Shown here: positions 57,739-64,000 of the stretch, piece after piece
Layout: each line of letters starts with the position of its first letter
Numbering within the stretch: position 1 is the first letter of the stretch
Assembly (NCBI GenBank): GCA_013815345.1
Contig: JACDGK010000004.1
Coordinates: forward strand, 10,361 to 74,360
From: Patescibacteria group bacterium
GTDB lineage: Bacteria; Patescibacteriota; Minisyncoccia; Phycocordibacterales; Phycocordibacteraceae
DNA: 64,000 nt
Direction: 5' to 3'
Made by a program: the position numbers and the translations under genes
The notes under the pieces: model-generated
The model's database searches: none
What the model was told of the DNA's origin: nothing
Seen by the model: only the letters and a program-made list of their open reading frames with translations

Positions 57739-58812
57739 TCACGCAAGAGAAGGGATGGAATGTATAAGTGAGATGGACGTACCGTTCGACGAGCTTTCTC
57801 GAGTGAGTTTTGCTTCGAGTTGATCAGCGAGTGAGTCTACGATACTCGTTCCAAGTCCTGACGGTTTTTCCTCAGTCATGGAATACCCCACACCATCGTC
57901 GGCTATGAGAAGCGTCCACGCATCCTTTTCGGATGTATAGGTAACGGTAATCTTTCCTTCACCACCCGGGAAGGCATGCTTCAGGGCGTTAATGACGAGT
58001 TCTGTGGTGAGAAGACCAAGGCTCGTCGCTTCATCTGAGGTAACGCTACCCGACTCTGCATATACCATCAATGTTATCGGCTTGCGCCCGCCTATCATTG
58101 ATTTTGTAAGATTTGCACAAAGATCTTTTAAATAAGGCGCAACGTTTACCGTACCGTCTGTTCCTGTCGGGTCAAGTTGGCGTTGCACACTCGCGATAGA
58201 GATGATTCTCTCGTGCGTGTCCTCAAGATGTTTTCGCGCTTCATCTGACGACGAGCTGCCGGCTTTCAGCAGAATGATACTTGCGATCAATTGCAAGCTA
58301 TTTGCAATGCGATGCCGCATCTCGTTCAGGAGGTTATTTTTCTGTTCCAGCAAAATATTTTTCTCATGCAGGAGATTTTTTAATTCATCCTCAACCAGAC
58401 GTTCTTTAGTAATATCAAAAATAGAAAGAAGCATTTTCTTTCCCACATTCTCAAATTCTATTGATCGTGCATTCACCAGCATTGTTCGCTTGCCTAGCAT
58501 TTTAAAATCATGAGAGACTTCATAATCTCTAACCGTTGATTGCTTTGGAATCACTTCTTCAAGAAGGTTACGCAAGGCAGGTATATTCCATTCACCACTA
58601 CCTAGCTCGTAAAATAAATGGTGCTGAGTATTCTCCGCATTTACATTGAATTTAGTATAAAAGGACTGGCTTGCGGCAATAACACATAACTTCTCATCAA
58701 GCACAATGAGTGGCTCGTGAATAGTTTCTATTATGGCCCGCGTTAGAATATGACCATTCTTGGGGTCGCCAAGAGGATCCTGCATCTGTAAATCTTCATT
58801 CATGTCTCCCAC
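57739..58812 (-). CDS. cytoplasmic PAS + HisKA_2/HWE-type histidine kinase
   Basis: PAS (IIETIHEPLIVLD), EMRHRIANSLQ, ELVINALKHAF, DDGVG, GLGTSIV. Confidence 0.9.
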   Translation of the reverse strand: MGDMNEDLQMQDPLGDPKNGHILTRAIIETIHEPLIVLDEKLCVIAASQSFYTKFNVNAENTQHHLFYELGSGEWNIPALRNLLEEVIPKQSTVRDYEVSHDFKMLGKRTMLVNARSIEFENVGKKMLLSIFDITKERLVEDELKNLLHEKNILLEQKNNLLNEMRHRIANSLQLIASIILLKAGSSSSDEARKHLEDTHERIISIASVQRQLDPTGTDGTVNVAPYLKDLCANLTKSMIGGRKPITLMVYAESGSVTSDEATSLGLLTTELVINALKHAFPGGEGKITVTYTSEKDAWTLLIADDGVGYSMTEEKPSGLGTSIVDSLADQLEAKLTRESSSNGTSISLIHSIPSLA

Positions 58813-58865
58813 AGTATACCCTCAAGGTGAGGGTTACATGAAGTTTGTATGAAATCTTTCAAAAT

Positions 58866-59501
58866 CTATATATTCTCTTTTAGCCCCCTAAACAGGACAC
58901 GATCGGTAGCGTAGTCGATAAGACCAAGCACGGAAGGCGGAATATATTGTGAAAATCCGCTCGAAGGGCGCGGTATACGTAACCGAAGATGAAACGTCGT
59001 ACTGGTCGCTGTGTTGTCCTCGAGCACCAGCGCCCACGTAAAATGGTATTTAGTAGTCGAGGTGGCTGTGGACGGTTGAGAAGCATATAAAACATATTTG
59101 TTAGGAACTATTTCTAGAACCTTAAGCGTGCCGCCACCCCAGTCGGGCACCACATCGCCAACCGCAAGGTTTTGAAACTGTGGCAGCGTGCTGGAAGCAC
59201 TATGTTCGTGAATAAGGTTTTCAAACCAGAGCGGGGCATACCACCCTCCACGATCTTTTCCGAGCTGCACTATCCAGGGCCACACAACTTCTGCCGAAGC
59301 AGGAAGAACTTCTGCACGATCTATGGATATCCAGGGTTCAGGAATTATTTCATCACCTGGGAGCGCCTCGCGTACTTGTGCGTCGGTAACTCCTGAACGT
59401 GTGCCAAGCCTATTCAGAGCCACGAGAACAACAATAAAGAGAATTATTACGAAGGCAAAAATGAAGTATCGCTTCACTTTGTTGTGCCCGTTTATCTCCA
59501 T
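58866..59501 (-). CDS. membrane-anchored SRPBCC-like protein
   Basis: TM; LPGDEII, VWPWIVQLGKDRGGWY, FTWALVL. Confidence 0.75.
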   Translation of the reverse strand: MEINGHNKVKRYFIFAFVIILFIVVLVALNRLGTRSGVTDAQVREALPGDEIIPEPWISIDRAEVLPASAEVVWPWIVQLGKDRGGWYAPLWFENLIHEHSASSTLPQFQNLAVGDVVPDWGGGTLKVLEIVPNKYVLYASQPSTATSTTKYHFTWALVLEDNTATSTTFHLRLRIPRPSSGFSQYIPPSVLGLIDYATDRVLFRGLKENI

Positions 59502-59578
59502 TTAAAAATAGTAGCATGTGAGCTCTTTCACTCTGATTAACAATGTCGAAAGCCTCAATATCAATAGCGTTAAAAAGA

Positions 59579-59610
59579 AAAGCCGCTGGATCAATCAGAT
59601 CAACGGCTTT
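59579..59610 (-). terminator. terminator
   Basis: aaaagccgttgatctgattgatccagcggcttttcttttt (minus strand). Confidence 0.7.
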
Positions 59611-59927
59611 TAACTAAAGATCAGTACCAGAAGCCATCCTTCTATCTCTTTTCCCAGACCCACGTACCTATGGGGCTGGTGATAGACGTGAATGATATTT
59701 GCTCTCGGAAATAGTCTCCGAGAGACTAATCTCTCTAATATTCGAAGCACTTGAGCGGGGTTGCCGAAATCAGCAAGGTGACTTATTACGCAATCTTCTT
59801 GCTGGAGGGATCGTTCCTCTGAAATGACCGCGACGGCTGTTAGCTCATTCCGATCAAGGTGTTCCTCCGCAATACTAAAGGCTTTTCTCCACGTGGGGCA
59901 GTAACGTTTCTTCCCCAAAAGAATCAT
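59610..59927 (-). CDS. hypothetical protein
   Basis: TAAGGAG upstream of ATG. Confidence 0.55.
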   Translation of the reverse strand: MILLGKKRYCPTWRKAFSIAEEHLDRNELTAVAVISEERSLQQEDCVISHLADFGNPAQVLRILERLVSRRLFPRANIIHVYHQPHRYVGLGKEIEGWLLVLIFS

Positions 59928-59959
59928 TTCTCTAGCTCCTTATAACTTATGTGTGCATT

Positions 59960-60637
59960 TTATTCCTCTTCTTGCGGCTCGAGATCCTCAAGAGAAGGAA
60001 GGTGGGAGGGCCTCGGCGTTTTCTCATGTTGGAACCCAAGAAGTCCCTTTCGATACAGTTCGGTATATTCCTCTCGACACTCGAGACGAATGAGAGCGAG
60101 TCGCGTAAGTCTCTCGTCCCAGTACTCGATCGCTAGTCCAGGCTCAGGCCACAATGACCAGTCACGAGGAGGCGTTTCTGGGCTCGCTACCTCACACATG
60201 ACTTCAGGTAGTATCTCCACTGTTACCTCTAGCGACCCTTCTTCTTCCGGAAGAACGGGGTCCTCGGAAAGATCAGAGTCTTTCGAAGGTTCTTCTTCCA
60301 CTTCTACCGGCGTCGACGAGGGAGTGTTTTCGTGCGGGTACTCGGTTTCTCTTTTGTTCTCGGATGGTTGCAACACGGCCTTAGTGTTTGACCCAAACCT
60401 ATCGGACTCTCCGAGAGAGAAGATACATTCCTCTTGACTCTCTTCTATTATTCCCATAAAGAGATGACCACCCAGTATCTCCTTATAGCCGAAATATCTA
60501 CCCTCTGAAAACCTCCGTTTTTGCCACGGAAAAGTATTGGTGCTCGTATCGTTTTTGAGGCTCCAGAATAATAAGCTTTTTCCAAAGTCATATCGTCTTC
60601 CGGGGACATAATCACCGCAATCCCGAGCCTTGGTCAT
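59960..60637 (-). CDS. hypothetical protein with acidic low-complexity C-half
   Basis: AGGAG before ATG 60637; E/P/S-rich segment. Confidence 0.55.
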   Translation of the reverse strand: MTKARDCGDYVPGRRYDFGKSLLFWSLKNDTSTNTFPWQKRRFSEGRYFGYKEILGGHLFMGIIEESQEECIFSLGESDRFGSNTKAVLQPSENKRETEYPHENTPSSTPVEVEEEPSKDSDLSEDPVLPEEEGSLEVTVEILPEVMCEVASPETPPRDWSLWPEPGLAIEYWDERLTRLALIRLECREEYTELYRKGLLGFQHEKTPRPSHLPSLEDLEPQEEE

Positions 60638-60753
60638 GGATTCACTCCTATTGCTGACCACACAACGGGTCTGAGATTATAAAAACACAGAATAGAGCAA
60701 ATGGCAAACACGCTGCATTCTCTCAGCGCGTCTCTCCGAAGAATAAAAACGTA

Positions 60754-62175
60754 TTAGTACGAATGGCTCTGAGCCACTCTTTTTTCCCTCAGAAGTGTCG
60801 CACTTAAAATCGCAGCCAGGAGAGCAAACAAAGCACCCACAAAGAAAGCTACATGATAGCCACTTGCGAGCGATGCCGTAGGAGAGGCGCCCGATGCGAG
60901 TACGCTTGCAGTGCGGGCAGCCGCTATACTCGCGAGAATAGCAAGACCAAGCGCACCTCCCATCATAAATGCGGTATTAACAATTCCCGAAGCGATGCCT
61001 GATTCATGCGGTTCAACGTCATTCATCGCCGCAAGGAGCATGGGATTAAAGGCAATGCCTGCGCCTATGCCAAGGAGTACCATGCTGGGAAGAATATCAA
61101 TCAGAAAATTACCTTGGAGCGGAATGCGTGCCAGCAGAAACAATCCGAGCGCAGCAAATGAAAGCCCAATCGAAAGAGGTCGTTTAAGGCCAAATCGGTT
61201 TACGAGTTTTGCTGAAAGACTAAATGAGAAAAAGCCCATGATGAGGTTCGCGGGAAGAAATGCCAATCCCACCGCAAGCGGGCTATAGCCGAGTACCACC
61301 TGGAGATACAGCGCCGAAAGAAAGAACAATGCAAACATTGCCGCAGCCCAAAATATGCCAATAACATTCGCTGTCGCTAAGTTATGAAGTTTGAAAAGAC
61401 TGAGCGGGATGAGTGGCGAACGTACGCGGGACTCTATGACGAGAAATGTTGCCAGCAGTATAACGGCCACTACCAAAAGTCCCAGGGTCTGTAGGGAAGT
61501 CCAGCCAACTTCATTCCCATTCACAATCGCATATACGGCCAGCATGAGTGCAAGCGTGATAGTGATTGCGCCTGCAACATCGAGATGAATTTTCTCCGGA
61601 CGTTGATGAATTTTTGGCAGAAGGTACAGCGACATTATAAAGACAATAATGCCGATAGGTATATTTACGAGAAATATTGCATGCCAATTAAGCGTTCCAG
61701 TTAGCAATCCGCCGAGGAGTACGCCGACACTTCCACCGCCCGCAGCAACGAATCCAAAATAGCCCATTGCCTTGGCGCGTTCAGCAGGCTCCGTAAAGAG
61801 CGTCATCATGAGCGAAAGCGAGACGGCAGAAACGATAGCGCCACCGATGCCCTGTACCGCCCGAGCACTAATGAGCGCCCACTGCGTGGTCGAGAGTCCG
61901 CACGCGAGGGAAGCGAGCGTGAAAACTCCCAAACCAATGAGAAATATACGTCGATGACCAAAGAGGTCACCGAGTCTTCCTCCCAGCATGAGAAATCCAC
62001 CAAAGGTGAGGATATATGCATTCACCACCCACGCAAGTGATGCTTCAGAAAATCCAAGATTGGTTTTAATGGAAGGCAACGCGACATTTACAATCGTGGT
62101 ATCGAGAACGATCATGAGGGTGCCGAGACACAGCACCGCAAGAGCTGCCCACTTGTTGCTTACTACAGAAAACAT
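60754..62175 (-). CDS. DHA2 (EmrB/QacA) family MFS efflux transporter
   Basis: LDTTIVNVALP, GGRLGDLFGHRR, ARAVQGIG, IFLVNIPIG; 14-TM pattern. Confidence 0.95.
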   Translation of the reverse strand: MFSVVSNKWAALAVLCLGTLMIVLDTTIVNVALPSIKTNLGFSEASLAWVVNAYILTFGGFLMLGGRLGDLFGHRRIFLIGLGVFTLASLACGLSTTQWALISARAVQGIGGAIVSAVSLSLMMTLFTEPAERAKAMGYFGFVAAGGGSVGVLLGGLLTGTLNWHAIFLVNIPIGIIVFIMSLYLLPKIHQRPEKIHLDVAGAITITLALMLAVYAIVNGNEVGWTSLQTLGLLVVAVILLATFLVIESRVRSPLIPLSLFKLHNLATANVIGIFWAAAMFALFFLSALYLQVVLGYSPLAVGLAFLPANLIMGFFSFSLSAKLVNRFGLKRPLSIGLSFAALGLFLLARIPLQGNFLIDILPSMVLLGIGAGIAFNPMLLAAMNDVEPHESGIASGIVNTAFMMGGALGLAILASIAAARTASVLASGASPTASLASGYHVAFFVGALFALLAAILSATLLREKRVAQSHSY

Positions 62176-62274
62176 AGGTCCCACTATGACAAACTTGAAT
62201 CATTTAGTAAACACTGATAGGAGATTTACTATTGAAAACCATTTGATACTCTTTATTAAAGAAAGGAGAGTCCG

Positions 62275-62643
62275 ATGCTTGCAGGTATTGTTATGTGCTG
62301 CGTCGGAATATTGCTATTTTTCGGCGCGGTATGGAAGTACTACTATCAAGCGTATTGCGAAGCCGTATACAGGGATGCAACCGTCTCTTTGGAAGCCGTT
62401 TTGGTTTGTTATTCTGAGTTGAAAATAGCTGCTTCTTACCAGGGAGCGCTTTTGATCCAAAACGCCATTACTGCTCAGCGAAAATGTCTACGATTGAGAT
62501 TCTTCAGTATGAATCCACATCCACTTCTTGCGCTCGATCTTCTTGAGATCATCCGCCGCGACGTTGAAGATGATGATCCCTCTCCGGGTGGAGGAGAAAT
62601 TCTTAGTCAATTAGGTTCCCGTGAGGGAACCTTTATTTTATAA
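62275..62643 (+). CDS. hypothetical membrane-anchored protein
   Basis: GAAAGGAG before ATG; N-terminal TM. Confidence 0.55.
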   Translation: MLAGIVMCCVGILLFFGAVWKYYYQAYCEAVYRDATVSLEAVLVCYSELKIAASYQGALLIQNAITAQRKCLRLRFFSMNPHPLLALDLLEIIRRDVEDDDPSPGGGEILSQLGSREGTFIL

Positions 62644-62698
62644 AAAAACCGCACTCATTGGGTGAGGCGGCTTCGGTTTGTACGTGCGCGCAATATCG

Positions 62699-62890
62699 CT
62701 AGCGTGAATCTCGGCGAAATATTTTTTGTAACCAACTCACCAGAGTTTGCTTGGGGTGTTTGCGATCCGGCATCTCCGCCATCGCTTTTTTGAAAACTTC
62801 TACGCTTGGTTCGGTCGTAGCAGGAAAGTGAAAGGGCGGACGATACGGTTTACCCCACAGGGTGACGACGTTCGAGAAATCCTTGCTCAC
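62699..62890 (-). CDS. hypothetical protein (63 aa)
   Basis: AAAGGAG-6-GTG overlapping the upstream TGA (GTGA coupling); terminator 62643-62673. Confidence 0.5.
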   Translation of the reverse strand: MSKDFSNVVTLWGKPYRPPFHFPATTEPSVEVFKKAMAEMPDRKHPKQTLVSWLQKIFRRDSR

Positions 62891-63213
62891 CCGGTTCTCC
62901 TTTGCGGCGACTCTTCCCATCGGTAGGCCTCGTACTGTCTTTCGACGGCGTCGCACCCGAGCGCCAGATTCCGAGCTACGACAGCAGCTGAGCCATCGTC
63001 TTCGATGGCCTGGAGGCGATTGATGCAATCTCGGACGCTCCGAAGCACTTGCTGACAGTGCTGAGCTGGGATTACCGTAGTCGAGAGAAGGCGTCGATAC
63101 GCCTGTGACTCACCAACTTCCGAGACTTGTTCAAACCCGGTCTCAAGATTTTGTGTAAGTCTTTCGATAGCTTCCACGATGGATTTCTGATAGGAAACAA
63201 CGGTATCGTTCAT
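62887..63213 (-). CDS. hypothetical protein
   Basis: AAAAGGAG before ATG; helical-looking sequence. Confidence 0.55.
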   Translation of the reverse strand: MNDTVVSYQKSIVEAIERLTQNLETGFEQVSEVGESQAYRRLLSTTVIPAQHCQQVLRSVRDCINRLQAIEDDGSAAVVARNLALGCDAVERQYEAYRWEESPQRRTG

Positions 63214-63381
63214 CTAAAAACTCTCCTTTTAAACCTAACGACATGCCCGGTCTTCTTTGAAAGTACCACACTATTCGTTTAAAGCCAGCCCCATGAGTTA
63301 AGAGGTCTTGTTCCGTAAAAGAGGAATGCTTCTATGCCAAGAAATAGTCGCTGCTGTTGAACATCCATGAGTAGTATGTAA

Positions 63382-63753
63382 TTACTGCGCATTGTTTTGC
63401 TCTTTATGAAAGCGAGGGAATCGAGGCATTACAAAAGAAAAATGTTTTCTTTTGCTCACCAAGCGCTTTTCTTCACTCGTGATGTCATGAATCATTCGGC
63501 GGTAGCGTTTCAAGCCTAGGTACAAAACGACCGGGCCACCTATAGTGAAAAGCCACGCGAGGGTATGCAGCACTAAATCTTCTCCGGGAATAAAATGCAA
63601 CGCGGTGATACCCGTAATGAAAAGGGTGAGCGCCGTTCGCGCAAAAGCGAGCAGCGTTCGATCATTCGAGAGTTTAGTACGATCAATAGCTAATTGATCC
63701 CGAAGAATTAGTTCCTCGTTTATAAATTTCTGATAGCGATCTGAGTCAGGCAT
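63382..63753 (-). CDS. DUF202 family membrane protein
   Basis: LRDQLAIDRTKLSNDRTLLAFART plus 2 TMs. Confidence 0.88.
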   Translation of the reverse strand: MPDSDRYQKFINEELILRDQLAIDRTKLSNDRTLLAFARTALTLFITGITALHFIPGEDLVLHTLAWLFTIGGPVVLYLGLKRYRRMIHDITSEEKRLVSKRKHFSFVMPRFPRFHKEQNNAQ

Positions 63754-63938
63754 AGGTACGTTGAATTTCGATCAGTCTGTTTTTTGACGCGAGGCAGATC
63801 GGAACATATGTTTTATTATAGCGTAGTTTTTTGAGCACTAATATTTTGGCCGGCCGCTAAGAATATTGGAATCTGTTTGGTATGAAAAACCGCCACACCC
63901 TTGGAGGTACGACGGCTGATGGCAAAGCGCGGCGCTCT

Positions 63939-63998
63939 CTAAATAAGCGTTTTTAGAAGCGCAGGATAAAGCTGTCGTTCAACCTCTTTGATTCGTTC
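63939..63998 (-). CDS. purN: 3' end of probable phosphoribosylglycinamide formyltransferase
   Basis: ERIKEVERQLYPALLKTLI* resembles the PurN C-terminal helix (RI..EH.LYP..L); terminator at 63884-63918; only 19 aa visible. Confidence 0.45.
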   Translation of the reverse strand, partial: ERIKEVERQLYPALLKTLI

Positions 63999-64000
63999 GT

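Noticed and set aside
62699-63213. Single frameshifted gene made of two overlapping ORFs
   Set aside because: A strong SD and GTG overlapping the upstream TGA explain it as two coupled genes
1-64000. CRISPR array, tRNA, rRNA, IS/transposase, integrase, reverse transcriptase
   Set aside because: No regularly spaced repeats, cloverleaf signatures or catalytic motifs recognised by eye

Overview
64 kb of chromosome from a small-genome bacterium, most likely a Patescibacteria/CPR member of Parcubacteria type. This is an inference from gene content and style: tight packing, many leaderless-looking genes, N-terminally short PrmC, UvrD-PD-(D/E)XK fusion, GH130/PMM cluster, pilin operon. TGA is used as a stop, so the standard code 11 applies. 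It contains rpoB (partial)-rpoC-dnaG-rpoD, two carbonic anhydrase-like genes, purB, EVE, NYN, a helicase-nuclease, hisS, prmC, an ECF sigma/anti-sigma operon, a mannose/GH130 operon, dipZ, an ABC transporter, DedA/GT2/UppP, a two-component pair, an AT-rich type IV pilus operon, ArnT/LAB_N/GT2, SET, three sensor kinases, cspA, purD, an MFS transporter, many orphans and a probable purN 3' end. No rRNA, tRNA, CRISPR, integrase or transposase was seen. Most notable observations: (1) a consensus-like minus-strand promoter drives a ~55-nt structured, pseudoknot-capable non-coding RNA convergent with the NYN ribonuclease gene (candidate RNA-antitoxin module); (2) two gene classes coexist: leaderless/SD-poor resident genes, and self-contained promoter+SD+terminator 'cassette' genes (orphans, purB, purD, a sigma4-only protein), two of which share a near-identical terminator 40 kb apart; (3) a DsbA with SxxS in place of CxxC; (4) a naturally substituted RpoB rifampicin pocket. 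All family calls come from motif recognition by eye; no searches were run.
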